Assembly: GCA_035456525.1 (NCBI GenBank) | Contig: DATICZ010000224.1 | Span: forward strand, 4,362-68,361 | Origin: Gemmatimonadales bacterium | GTDB lineage: Bacteria > Gemmatimonadota > Gemmatimonadetes > Gemmatimonadales > GWC2-71-9 | Direction of reading: 5' to 3' | Length of the DNA stretch: 64,000 bases | Translations under genes and position numbers: made by a program | In this document: positions 37,517 through 46,679 of the stretch, one piece after another | Position numbering within the stretch: the first letter of the stretch is position 1 | Layout of the letters: each line of letters begins with the position of its first letter | Notes under the pieces: generated by a model | What the model was told of the DNA's origin: nothing | Database searches by the model: none | The model's input: only the letters and a program-made list of their open reading frames with translations

Positions 37517-37603
37517 TCAGTGCGGCCGGGCGGTGATCTGAATGCGTTGCTCGATGAGGACAGGGAGCCAGCCGAAGGCGGCGAGCGCCGTCCAGCGTCT
37601 CAT
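37517..37603 (-). CDS. Candidate 28-aa small hydrophobic peptide coupled to the sensor kinase
   Basis: The ATG overlaps the kinase stop (ATGA). Sequence MRRWTALAAFGWLPVLIEQRIQITARPH. No homology evidence. Confidence 0.3.
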   Translation of the reverse strand: MRRWTALAAFGWLPVLIEQRIQITARPH

Positions 37604-39072
37604 GACTGAGCCGGGCTCGCGCTGGCCGCCGGATCCGCGGCCGCCGGGAGCGTCACCGTGAACGTCGTCCCCCGTCCCGGCCGACTCTGCACGTCGATCG
37701 TGCCGCCGTGCGCTTCCGCAATCCACTTGCAGATGGCGAGACCGAGACCCACTCCGGGGCGATCGGCGGTGCGGGTGCGGGCGGTATCGGCCCGGTAGAA
37801 GCGGTGGAAGATGTGCGGCAGATCGCCGGGCGCGATCCCGATCCCGGTGTCCGATACGCCGAAGCGGACACGGCCGTCGTCGCGCTCCAACCACAGCCGC
37901 ACCCGCCCACCCTGGGGCGTGTACTTCACCGCGTTGCTGAGCAGGTTCATCACGAGCTGGCGGAAGCGACTCGGGTCTGCCTGAACGACCACCGGTCCTT
38001 CCACCGCCTCGACGCTTATCGTGACTCCCGCGGGTTCCGCCAGCAGCTCCGCTGTTTCTTCGGTGTCGAGCAACAGCGCGCGCAGGTCCACCGGCTCCAG
38101 ATGCAGGGGCGCCGTGCCTTCATCGGCCCGGGCCAGCGTCAACAGCGTGTCCACGAGCTCGGTCATGCGCTTGATCTCCTGGAGGGTCTCCTCCAGGTCG
38201 GCGAGTGCTTCTGGCGGCATCCCGGGCGTCGTGATGGCGCGCTCCACCCCGGCGCGCAACACCGTGAGGGGTGTCTTCAGCTCGTGGCTGGCGTCCGCGG
38301 TGAAGCGCCGCAGGGCGCTGAAACTGCGCTCGAGACGTCCCAGCATCTGGTTGAGCGTCTCGGCGAGCCGCCCGACCTCGTCCTTCACGAAGGGCACGGG
38401 GACTCGTCGGTGCAGCGTGCGCCCGTCGGTGATCTCACGCACCTCGGTGGTGAGACGGTCCACCGGCGCGACGGCGCGGAACGCGAGCCACCAGCCCAGC
38501 ACGTAGGCGGCGAGTATGCCGAGCGGCAGGGTCAGGAGGAAGGTCGAGAGCAGCGGCTCGAGACCCAGCTCGACCGTCTCCGGATGCGCGCCCGCCAGCA
38601 CCGTCCCGCCCACGGGAGCGACGTCGCCCAGGGGATGGACGACGTAGCGGAGCGTCGGACCGCCCGCGATCAACCGGATGGTCGCCTGCACGCGCCGCCC
38701 GCGCGCCTCGAGAATCACGCGGCGCAGCTGCTCGAACTGCTCGTAGATGAGGTTCGTGTTCGTCGACGTGTATACCGGCTGCCCGAGCGAGTCGGTGATC
38801 ATCAGGAAGTCCGGAACGGCGTCGAGCGTCGCCTGCAGCTCGGACACGAGCGTCGGGTGGCCGTTGGGGTCGCGGGTCACCACGGCGCCGCCGGCACGCG
38901 ACACGCCGGCCAGGATGCCCGCCGTCAGGTCCGCTTCGGACGCAATGCGGCGGTCGAGCTCCTGGTAGGAAGCGTGGCGGCGGGTGAGGTACAGCGCGAC
39001 GGTGAAGCCGGTGAGGGCGAGCGCGAGGGCGGTGGCGTACCAGGCCGTCAGCCGGCCGCGAAGGGTTCCCAC
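37600..39072 (-). CDS. Sensor histidine kinase (CusS/CopS-like heavy-metal sensor type)
   Basis: LRGRLTAWYATALAL N-terminus, two TM segments, HAMP domain, H-box ADASHELKTPLT, and the ATPase boxes NAVKYTP, DTGIGI and GLGLAICK. Confidence 0.85.
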   Translation of the reverse strand: MGTLRGRLTAWYATALALALTGFTVALYLTRRHASYQELDRRIASEADLTAGILAGVSRAGGAVVTRDPNGHPTLVSELQATLDAVPDFLMITDSLGQPVYTSTNTNLIYEQFEQLRRVILEARGRRVQATIRLIAGGPTLRYVVHPLGDVAPVGGTVLAGAHPETVELGLEPLLSTFLLTLPLGILAAYVLGWWLAFRAVAPVDRLTTEVREITDGRTLHRRVPVPFVKDEVGRLAETLNQMLGRLERSFSALRRFTADASHELKTPLTVLRAGVERAITTPGMPPEALADLEETLQEIKRMTELVDTLLTLARADEGTAPLHLEPVDLRALLLDTEETAELLAEPAGVTISVEAVEGPVVVQADPSRFRQLVMNLLSNAVKYTPQGGRVRLWLERDDGRVRFGVSDTGIGIAPGDLPHIFHRFYRADTARTRTADRPGVGLGLAICKWIAEAHGGTIDVQSRPGRGTTFTVTLPAAADPAASASPAQS

Positions 39073-39073
39073 C

Positions 39074-39742
39074 TCACTCCTTCACCACGTAGCCGACACC
39101 GCGGACCGTGTGGATCAGTTTGGGTTCGCGCGCCTGATCGATCTTCTTGCGCAGCCGGGTGATCACGACGTCCACGATGTTCGTCCCGGGGTCGAAATGG
39201 TAGTCCCAGGCATACTCGGTGATCAGCGTGCGGGGCATGACGCGCCCGCGATGCCGCACCAGGTACTCCAGCACGGCGTATTCCTTCGGTGTCAGCTCGA
39301 TCGGCCGGCCGCCGCGCCGCACCTCCCGGCTGCCCGTATCGAGTACCAGATCGCCCACCCGAAGCAGCGGCGGGGCGAGGGCCTTGGGCCGGCGCCCCAG
39401 GGCCTCCACCCGGGCCAGCAGCTCTTCCAGCGCGAACGGCTTGGTCACGTAGTCGTCGGCGCCCATCCGCAGCGCCTGGACCTTGAAATCGACGGCGTCC
39501 TGGGCCGTGAGCACGAGCACCGGCACGGCGTTGCCGCGGTCGCGCAGCGTCCGCAGCACCTCCCGTCCGTCCATGGACGGGAGCCGCAGGTCGAGGACGA
39601 CGACATCGTAATGTCCGTCGGAGGCGAGGTGGAGTCCTTCCGCGCCGTCGGCCACGAGATCCACCTGGCTGCCCGCTTCGGTGAGGCCGCGCTTGACGTA
39701 CTGGCCCACCGTACGGTCGTCCTCGATGACGAGCAGCTTCAT
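39074..39742 (-). CDS. OmpR-family response regulator (CusR/CopR-like)
   Basis: MKLLVIEDDRTVGQYVKRGLTEAG...DVVVLDLRLPSMDG...ADDYVTKPFALEELLARV, with a winged-helix C-terminus. It is the C-terminal part of track ORF 39074..40465. Confidence 0.9.
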   Translation of the reverse strand: MKLLVIEDDRTVGQYVKRGLTEAGSQVDLVADGAEGLHLASDGHYDVVVLDLRLPSMDGREVLRTLRDRGNAVPVLVLTAQDAVDFKVQALRMGADDYVTKPFALEELLARVEALGRRPKALAPPLLRVGDLVLDTGSREVRRGGRPIELTPKEYAVLEYLVRHRGRVMPRTLITEYAWDYHFDPGTNIVDVVITRLRKKIDQAREPKLIHTVRGVGYVVKE

Positions 39743-41298
39743 TGGACCGCCGGCAGGTAGACTTTGAAGTTCGAGCCGACGCCCACCTGGGACTCCACTT
39801 CGATGCGGCCGCGGTGGTCGGCGACGATCCCGTAGCAGATGGACAGGCCGAGTCCGGTCCCGCGCCCCTGCGGCTTCGTGGTGTAAAACGGCTCGAAGAT
39901 CTTGGACAGCTCCTCCTGCCGGATGCCGGTGCCCGTGTCGATGAACTCGACCAGGACCTCGTCGCCGCCGCGGCCAGCGATGCGGCTGGAGCGCACGGTG
40001 AGGACGCCGCGCGAGTTCATCGCGTCCATCGCGTTCAGCATCAGGGACATGAAGCCCTGGATGAGGCGTTCGGGGTCCACCAGCACCGGTGGGAGTCCCA
40101 GCGCGAACTGACGCCGGACGCTGATGCGCTTGAAGCGGTCGTGGTGCTTCAGCAGGAACAGCGTCTGCTCGACCAGGTGATTCACGTCCACCCGCTGCTT
40201 TTCGCCCGTCTTGGGACGCGAGAGATCCAGCAGGCCGTCCACGATGCGGCGGCAGCGCTGCACCTCGGCGTCGATGATCTTGAGGTACTCCTCGAACCCC
40301 GCGCGCGCCGCATCCGGCAGCTCCTCGGCCCGGTGGTTCAGCGCCTCGGCGCACGCGAGAATCGTGGCCAGTGGATTGTTGATCTCGTGCATGACGCCGG
40401 CCGCCAGCTGGCCCACGGCGGCGAGCTTCTCGCTCTGCGCCAGCCGCTGCTGCGCGCGCCGCCACTCGGTCACGTCCTCGGCGATGGTGATCACGTGCGT
40501 GATGTGCACGTTGTCGAGCCGCATTGGAATCTTGGAGACGCGGTAGAAGCGCGACTCGCCGCTCGCAGTGGATTCCATCTCCATCTGCTGAATCTCACCG
40601 GTCTCGAACACGCGATCGAATTCGCGGCGCAGCAGCTCGCGCGGCTGCCGGTCCAGCACGCCGAAGATCTCCCGCCCCACCGCATCGTCGCGCGCCACGC
40701 CCTGCGTGCCGCTTTCGCGCTGCCGATTCCAGGCCCGGATGATGTAATCCCGGTCGATGACGTACAGGCCGGTCGGCAGCGAATCGATGATGCGGGCAAC
40801 GAAGCCGCGCTGGGCATCGGCCTCCCGCGCCGCCAGCGCCACCTCGGAGGCGAGGTCCTGCGACAGTTCCGTCGCCGCGATCGCCGCGCCGAGCAGCCTG
40901 GCGACGACGCGGCCCACGTCGATCGCCAGCTCGTCGGTCCGCCCACCCGCGATCCGGAGCTCGAGCGCGCCCACCCCCTGGTCCTCGAACACGAGCGGAA
41001 ATCGTACGCGCATGCCTCCGCCCGCGATGCGCTCGCGCTCCAGATCCTGGCGGAACCACGCATCGGCCGGGGCGAACCCCGCGTCACCGGCGGGCGGCAA
41101 CCCGACGAGGAGACGGTATCCGCCACCCGCCGGAGCGCGCAGCCACAAGCGCACGTCAGCCACGTCGAGGCCGCGGCGTAACACGGCCGTGACACGCATG
41201 AGCGCGTCTTCGGTCACGAAACCGGCGGCGAGGATGTCGACGACGTCCGCGAGGACGCGGAGCCCGGCGGGAGGTGACTCGAGGGTCGAGCCTGCCAT
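39739..41298 (-). CDS. Cytoplasmic GAF-PAS sensor histidine kinase
   Basis: No TM segment. GAF-like N-terminus, PAS region, H-box HEINNPLATI, DTGTGI and GTGLGLSICYG. The stop overlaps the regulator ATG (ATGA). Confidence 0.85.
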   Translation of the reverse strand: MAGSTLESPPAGLRVLADVVDILAAGFVTEDALMRVTAVLRRGLDVADVRLWLRAPAGGGYRLLVGLPPAGDAGFAPADAWFRQDLERERIAGGGMRVRFPLVFEDQGVGALELRIAGGRTDELAIDVGRVVARLLGAAIAATELSQDLASEVALAAREADAQRGFVARIIDSLPTGLYVIDRDYIIRAWNRQRESGTQGVARDDAVGREIFGVLDRQPRELLRREFDRVFETGEIQQMEMESTASGESRFYRVSKIPMRLDNVHITHVITIAEDVTEWRRAQQRLAQSEKLAAVGQLAAGVMHEINNPLATILACAEALNHRAEELPDAARAGFEEYLKIIDAEVQRCRRIVDGLLDLSRPKTGEKQRVDVNHLVEQTLFLLKHHDRFKRISVRRQFALGLPPVLVDPERLIQGFMSLMLNAMDAMNSRGVLTVRSSRIAGRGGDEVLVEFIDTGTGIRQEELSKIFEPFYTTKPQGRGTGLGLSICYGIVADHRGRIEVESQVGVGSNFKVYLPAVQ

Positions 41299-41310
41299 TA
41301 CCTCGCTAAC

Positions 41311-41871
41311 CTAGGGACCCCCACGAGTACGCGCCAGCGGGAGCTCGACCCGCAGGCCGAGAAACGGATGCACTTCGGTGGGGTGGCCCATGAACCAGGC
41401 CGGGCCGAGGAGAATGGCGAAATGGGCGCCGTCATCCTGCCCGACGCGGATGGCCGGCAGCACCGCCGCCGACACCCAGCGATTGCCCTGCGGCAACGGC
41501 GAGCGCGCCGTGAGGTAGCCCGCGGCCTCGAGCGTCACGTCGACGCCGATCCGCGTGATGTCCTGTCCCTCGCCCCCGACGTCGAAGACCTCGATCGTGC
41601 CGCTGCGCAGGCCGAGCGCGAACGCACTGACGAAGCCGCGCTGGTGACTGATAATCGACGTGCGATTGTCCCCGAACCACCCGGCCCGCACCGAGCCCGA
41701 AATGTTGCGCAGCGGCCCGAGCCCCACCGGCAGCACGACGCCGAACTCCCCCGCTTCGATCGACCAGTCCCCGCCCAGCGTTCCGGCAAATCCGAAGGAC
41801 AACGCCTGGCCTGCGAGCGGCGCGGACAGGAAGGGAAACACCAGGAGCAGAGGCGCGATCGATCGACGCAC
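41311..41871 (-). CDS. Secreted hypothetical protein (possible beta-barrel)
   Basis: Signal peptide MRRSIAPLLLVFPFLSAPLAGQA, with alternating hydrophobic beta-strand-like segments. Confidence 0.55.
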   Translation of the reverse strand: MRRSIAPLLLVFPFLSAPLAGQALSFGFAGTLGGDWSIEAGEFGVVLPVGLGPLRNISGSVRAGWFGDNRTSIISHQRGFVSAFALGLRSGTIEVFDVGGEGQDITRIGVDVTLEAAGYLTARSPLPQGNRWVSAAVLPAIRVGQDDGAHFAILLGPAWFMGHPTEVHPFLGLRVELPLARTRGGP

Positions 41872-42006
41872 AGGTGTGGTCCTCTCGAGGGTGACTGCGG
41901 GTACGTGCCGGACTCTCTCCTACCACGAGCCCGCCGCCCCGTTCCGTCGTGACGCAGCCGGGGACCTGGAAAATGTCACCGTGAGACGAGGTCCGATACC
42001 CGGCCC

Positions 42007-42147
42007 TCAATCCTCGTCGTGCAGGATGCGCTCGGGTGGATCGTCCAGATCGTCGAACTGGTCGTTGCGCACGGCGAGCACGAACAGCCCCACGAAGATC
42101 ACGCCCAGGAAGAGTACCACCGGCAGCAGGATCAGCACGCCGCGCAT
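42007..42147 (-). CDS. ccoS: cbb3 oxidase maturation protein CcoS/FixS
   Basis: Below the track length cut-off. Manual translation: MRGVLILLPVVLFLGVIFVGLFVLAVRNDQFDDLDDPPERILHDED. The start shares one base with the ccoI stop (TGATG). Confidence 0.8.
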   Translation of the reverse strand: MRGVLILLPVVLFLGVIFVGLFVLAVRNDQFDDLDDPPERILHDED

Positions 42148-44507
42148 CAGGTCGCCTCGTCGCGCCGCACGGCGCGCTCCACCCGCGCGGCGCTCCAGAT
42201 GACTACGCCGCTCGACAGCGGCATGAGGACGGCCGCCACCAGGGGATTGACGAACCCCGCGACCGCCGCGCTCACCGCGAGCACGTTGTAAACGATGGAA
42301 CGGCGCAGGCTCCGGTTGACCGCGGCGCGCGCGGCCCGCGCGGCCCGGATCCCCGCCGCGATCGGGACCAGCGAGGGCGGCGACACGATGCCGTCGGCCA
42401 CCAGGACGCTCGCGGCGGCACCGGAGGACATCGCGATGCCGATGTCCGCCGCCGCGAGCGCCGGTCCGTCGTTCAACCCGTCACCGGCGAACACGACGCG
42501 GCGGCCGGCCTGTTGCCTCGCGCGGACCCAGCTCACCTTGGCGGCCGGATCCGCCCTGGCGAGCACCTCGTCGACGCCCGTCTCCGCCGCCACCTGCCGG
42601 GCCGTGTCGGGATGGTCGCCCGTGAGCAACGTCGAGCGCAGCCCGAGCCGGCGCACCTGCTCCATCGCGTGACGGGCGTCAGGACGGGTCACGTCACCCA
42701 GGCGGATCGTCGGATCGGGCGGCAGGGTCGCCGGGTCGTCGCCGGACAGCAGCAGCTCACCCGATGCGCCACCACCCAACCGCCAGCGCCGGCCGTCCAC
42801 CATTCCTTCGACCCCCACCCCGGGCGTCTCGTGCACATCGGCAGCCCGCGGGAGCGGGATGCCGCGGCGTCCCGCTTCCGCGGTGATCGCCCGGGCGATC
42901 GGGTGTGCGCTGTAGCGCTCGAGGCCGGCCGCGATGCGGAGGGTGCGGTCGTCCGCGGCCGTGACGACGGCGGCGCCGGCGGTGACCGTGCCGGTTTTGT
43001 CGAGGCCCACCTCGTTCACAAGCGCGAGCTCGAGCAGGACGTCTCCGGAGCGCAGCAGCAGCCCGCGACGGGCGGCGGCGGCGAGTCCCGCGGCGGCAGC
43101 CAGCGGCTGTGCCAACGCCAGCGCGCACGGGCAGGCGACGACGAGCACCGCGACGGTCCGCGGGACGGCCAGCTCCGCGCCACCCACGATCCACCAACCG
43201 GCCAGCGTGGCGGCGGCCACGAGCAGGGTCCCCGCAGTGAACCAGGGCGCGATGCGATCGGCCGACGTGGGCGTCATGGCGCGCTCCTGCGCCAGCTGCA
43301 GCTGGGACGCCATCCGGTGGACCACGGTGCCGACGCCGACGGCTTCCGCGGCCACGGTCAGCGCGCCGTCGGCGAGCAGCGTCCCGGCGATCACGCGATC
43401 ACCGGGAGCGACCGGAACGGGAGCGGCCTCCCCGGTGAGCAGCGCCATGCGAACTTGACCCGTCCCCTCGCGTACGACGCCGTCGACGGGCAGCTCCTCG
43501 CCCGCCGCGACGTCGACGAGGTCGCCGGGCCGGATCTCGGACATCGGGACCACCGTGATCCGGCCGGCGGCCCCGTCGTCCACCCGGCGCGCCGTGCGCG
43601 GCACATGGCCGACGAGGGCCGCGGCCGCCTCGGTCGTGCGGCGACGGCCGCGCGATTCCAGCACGCGGCCCACGAGCAGCAGCGCCACGAGCATGGTGAG
43701 AGAATCGAGATAGGCGTCCTGCCGCAGCAGCGTGGCGACGATGCCGTGGACGTAGAGGATCAACACACCCAGCGCGATCGGGAGATCCATATGCAACACA
43801 CGGTTCCGCAAGCCGCTCCAGGCGCCGGCGAAGAACGGCTCGGCGCACCATAGCGTCACCGGCGTCGCCAGGGCGAGGCTCGTCCAACGGAACAACGCGG
43901 CGTAAGCCGGCTGCATGGCATCGTACCACCAGCCGGCGTAGAGCCCCTCGTACAGCCCCATGACCGCGAGCGAGGCGAACAGCGCGAGCCCGGCCCGCAC
44001 CATCAGTCCCCGATCGGGGGCGGTCGCGAGCGCGAGGGGCCGCGGGCGGTAGCCGAGGGCGGCGATCCGCCGCGCCAGCGTGGGGAGATCGACCTGCGAC
44101 GGGTTCCAGCGCAGGGTGGCGCGTCCCGTCGCATAGCTGACACTCGCTCGCACGACCCCAGGCGTGCGCGCGAGCACCCGTTCGGTGACCCAGACGCAGG
44201 ACGCGCACCGCAACCCGTCAACCACGAGACGGGCCTCGCAGATACCCCGCGCGTCGCTGGTGACCGGTACGGCGTCCCAGTCGCCGGTGTGGGCCGGCTC
44301 GGGGCGCGGGGCGAACTCGGTGCGCTCCGCGTAGTAACGCTCCAGGCCGGCGCCGCGGATGATGGCGGCCGCCATCTCGCACCCGGCGCAGCAGAAGGCG
44401 TCGGCGGGTCCTTCCACCGCCGTGCCGCAGTGCGGGCAGCGCGCGGCGGCGCTAGCGGGGCTAGCGGGGCTCGGTGCGGTAGGAGTCGACGACGTGGTCG
44501 GCCCCAT
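42147..44507 (-). CDS. ccoI: Copper-transporting P1B-type ATPase CcoI/FixI
   Basis: N-terminal CPHCG...CCAGCE metal site, HMA-like domain, CPC (VACPCALALAQP), DKTGTVT, and GDGLNDGPAL. Confidence 0.9.
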   Translation of the reverse strand: MGPTTSSTPTAPSPASPASAAARCPHCGTAVEGPADAFCCAGCEMAAAIIRGAGLERYYAERTEFAPRPEPAHTGDWDAVPVTSDARGICEARLVVDGLRCASCVWVTERVLARTPGVVRASVSYATGRATLRWNPSQVDLPTLARRIAALGYRPRPLALATAPDRGLMVRAGLALFASLAVMGLYEGLYAGWWYDAMQPAYAALFRWTSLALATPVTLWCAEPFFAGAWSGLRNRVLHMDLPIALGVLILYVHGIVATLLRQDAYLDSLTMLVALLLVGRVLESRGRRRTTEAAAALVGHVPRTARRVDDGAAGRITVVPMSEIRPGDLVDVAAGEELPVDGVVREGTGQVRMALLTGEAAPVPVAPGDRVIAGTLLADGALTVAAEAVGVGTVVHRMASQLQLAQERAMTPTSADRIAPWFTAGTLLVAAATLAGWWIVGGAELAVPRTVAVLVVACPCALALAQPLAAAAGLAAAARRGLLLRSGDVLLELALVNEVGLDKTGTVTAGAAVVTAADDRTLRIAAGLERYSAHPIARAITAEAGRRGIPLPRAADVHETPGVGVEGMVDGRRWRLGGGASGELLLSGDDPATLPPDPTIRLGDVTRPDARHAMEQVRRLGLRSTLLTGDHPDTARQVAAETGVDEVLARADPAAKVSWVRARQQAGRRVVFAGDGLNDGPALAAADIGIAMSSGAAASVLVADGIVSPPSLVPIAAGIRAARAARAAVNRSLRRSIVYNVLAVSAAVAGFVNPLVAAVLMPLSSGVVIWSAARVERAVRRDEAT

Positions 44508-44619
44508 GAACGGCCAGGTAGGCGAACACCGCGTTCACCAAGACGACGAAGGCGAGGCCGAGCCCGATTGCCCAGGGCCAGCGGCGCGCGCCCCGGGTGC
44601 TGCGCTCACTCAGTTTCAA
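44461..44619 (-). CDS. Short FixH-like membrane protein
   Basis: TTG start with GGAGGG 5 nt upstream: MKLSERSTRGARRWPWAIGLGLAFVVLVNAVFAYLAV... It overlaps the ccoG end and the annotated ccoI start. Confidence 0.4.
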   Translation of the reverse strand: MKLSERSTRGARRWPWAIGLGLAFVVLVNAVFAYLAVHGADHVVDSYRTEPR

Positions 44620-45934
44620 GGCGACCCTCCGTTTTGAAGGTGGCGGCCAGAGCCTTGTCCCGGCTCGGCGACGCGACATGGACCTGGATGGGAATCGTGC
44701 GCGGCAGGTCGGGGCGCGCCTTCATCCGGATGATGAGGGGCACCGTGCGGCTCTCCGTGGTCGCGAGCGAGAGGTCTCCCACGATCACGTCCTCCGCCGG
44801 GACGCCTTCGACGCGGACGTGGAACGGCACCGGATCGGGGGACGCCAGCTTGTTGGTCACCCGCAGCAGGTAGGTGTTCCGCACGTAGCCGTCGGGGTCC
44901 AGGGTGAAGAGCGACCCGGGAGCGCGCTGCACGGCCGCGTCGAACGGCGCGCGGGCGATCATGAGCAGCACCGCCGCAGCGGCGAGGCCGCTCAGGATGC
45001 CGGCGTACATCACGGTACGCGGCCGGAGGCGACGCCGTGCACCCCGGGCGCGCGCGACCGAGGACCACTGGATCAGGGTCCGGTGCCCCAGTTTCCCCAT
45101 GACGATGTCGCAGGCGTCGATGCAGCGGGCGCAGGCAATGCACTCCAGCTGGAAGCCGTTGCGGATGTCGATCCCCTGGGGACAGACGAACACGCACTTG
45201 CCGCATTCGACGCAGCGACCGGCGGTCTTCGCGTCCTCGCCGCCGCGCGGCTCGCCCCGGACGGTGTCGTAGTGGACCAGCAGCGTGTCGGCGTCGGTGA
45301 GGGCACTCTGAAAACGCGCGTACGGACAGAGATAGTTGCAGAACTGCTCCCGGAACCAGGCGAGGTCCAGGAACCAGATGGCGGTGAAGACCCCGACGAT
45401 GGCGTACTCGAGCGTGCTGCCGCGACCACTCCACAGCTCCCATGCGCCGGTGAAGTAGCTGCCGAACGACATCGAGACGGCGAGCGCGATCGCGAGATAC
45501 AGCGTCCACTTGAGACTCTTGCGCCACAGCCGGTCGAGGCTCACTCCCGCCTGGTCCCGCTTGCGCCGCTGGACCCAGTCGCCCTCGATCCACTCCTCCA
45601 GCGGCCGGATCCAGGTGTCGAGGAACACCGTCTGCGGGCAGGCGAATCCACACCACAGCCGGCCGAACAGCGACGTGAAGAAGAACAGGGCGAATGCCAG
45701 GAACAGGAGCAGCAACAGCACGAACACCGTGTCTGCCGCCGTGAAGATGGCGCCGAACGCGTACAACCGGCGGCCCGGCAGATCGATCCGCAGCGCGGGG
45801 TTGCCGTTCACGGTGATCCACGGGGTCACGAACAGGATGAGGTGCAGCGCGGCGAAGGTCGCCTTGCGCAGCCGCTGCCACGGTCCGGTGACCGCCTGTT
45901 CATAGATCCACTTCCGCTCCACAAACCCCAGCAT
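44606..45934 (-). CDS. ccoG: cbb3 oxidase accessory protein CcoG/FixG (4Fe-4S)
   Basis: TM helices plus CVECGKCVFVCP and CIACARCIDAC ferredoxin motifs. Confidence 0.9.
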   Translation of the reverse strand: MLGFVERKWIYEQAVTGPWQRLRKATFAALHLILFVTPWITVNGNPALRIDLPGRRLYAFGAIFTAADTVFVLLLLLFLAFALFFFTSLFGRLWCGFACPQTVFLDTWIRPLEEWIEGDWVQRRKRDQAGVSLDRLWRKSLKWTLYLAIALAVSMSFGSYFTGAWELWSGRGSTLEYAIVGVFTAIWFLDLAWFREQFCNYLCPYARFQSALTDADTLLVHYDTVRGEPRGGEDAKTAGRCVECGKCVFVCPQGIDIRNGFQLECIACARCIDACDIVMGKLGHRTLIQWSSVARARGARRRLRPRTVMYAGILSGLAAAAVLLMIARAPFDAAVQRAPGSLFTLDPDGYVRNTYLLRVTNKLASPDPVPFHVRVEGVPAEDVIVGDLSLATTESRTVPLIIRMKARPDLPRTIPIQVHVASPSRDKALAATFKTEGRLETE

Positions 45935-45936
45935 GG

Positions 45937-46503
45937 TCAGTGATGCTCCTCCTCACGGTCGTGCTCGCGCTCGTCGTCCGTTCGCCCGGTCGCCTCGCGG
46001 TTCTTGTCCACCACGTAGGCGGCCACCTGCGCGACCTTTTCGGGCCCGAGAATCGGACCCCAGGTGATCATCCCCTTTTCGGGGACGCCGGCACTGATCG
46101 TGTGCAAGATGTCCTGCGGCCGGCCGCCGTGGATCCAGATGGTGTCGAGCAGATTGGGGCCGATCTTCCCGCGCAAGTCCTCCCCGTGGCAGGAGACGCA
46201 GTTGGCCTTGAAGATCGCTTCGCCCGCTTCCACGGCCTCGTGGGTCATCGCGAGGGTCGTGTCGGCGGCCGCCGCGGCCTGTCGCGGCCAGCGCCGGTCG
46301 GCGGCGGCCATCTCCGCCGCGAGCTGTTTGACCTGGGAGCGGCGCGCGATGAAGTGGTAATGCACCCCGTACGCCACCGCCCAGACGATGGTGGCGTAGA
46401 ACAGGCCCAGCCACCAGTTGGGCATCCGGTTGTCGAATTCCTCGATCCCGTCCGCTTCGGCCGCGTGGCCCAGGACCTGATCGCGCGTGCGTTCCTTGCT
46501 CAC
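45937..46503 (-). CDS. ccoP: cbb3 oxidase subunit III (CcoP), single-haem form
   Basis: DGIEEFDNRMPNWWL N-terminal motif, one TM helix, and one CVSCH haem site. The GTG start overlaps the ccoQ stop (GTGA). Confidence 0.75.
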   Translation of the reverse strand: MSKERTRDQVLGHAAEADGIEEFDNRMPNWWLGLFYATIVWAVAYGVHYHFIARRSQVKQLAAEMAAADRRWPRQAAAAADTTLAMTHEAVEAGEAIFKANCVSCHGEDLRGKIGPNLLDTIWIHGGRPQDILHTISAGVPEKGMITWGPILGPEKVAQVAAYVVDKNREATGRTDDEREHDREEEHH

Positions 46504-46679
46504 GACTCTCCTCCGTCCTCGAATGGGAGGCGGCTGTCCGCATCCCAGCGTGCCTTGTTGCGACCCGCCCAGGCCCACCAGACCCAGAACACGAAGCCGC
46601 CGAGGAACACCAAGGTCGTCACGCCCAGAACCCAGCCGAGCGTGACGCTGCCCGCGGCGGCATCGAGGAGCGGGTTCAT
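46500..46679 (-). CDS. ccoQ: cbb3 oxidase subunit CcoQ/FixQ
   Basis: 59 aa: MNPLLDAAAGSVTLGWVLGVTTLVFLGGFVFWVWWAWAGRNKARWDADSRLPFEDGGES. The ATG overlaps the ccoO stop (ATGA). Confidence 0.75.
   Translation of the reverse strand: MNPLLDAAAGSVTLGWVLGVTTLVFLGGFVFWVWWAWAGRNKARWDADSRLPFEDGGES

Noticed and set aside
41307-41316. The identical 10-mer TAACCTAGGG at 41307-41316 and 54616-54625, and the recurring 9-mer GGATGAGGG (near 9-17 and 26192-26200 on the minus strand, and near 61727-61735 on the plus strand), as a shared regulatory motif.
   Set aside because: With about 2e9 position pairs in 64 kb, many identical 9- and 10-mers are expected by chance. There is no consistent position relative to genes.
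44452-44470. The tandem 9-mer CTAGCGGGG x2 at the 5' end of ccoI as a regulatory repeat.
   Set aside because: It lies inside the low-complexity Pro/Ala/Ser-rich N-terminal coding region (PASPASA). Only two copies are present, so simple coding-repeat slippage is sufficient to explain it.
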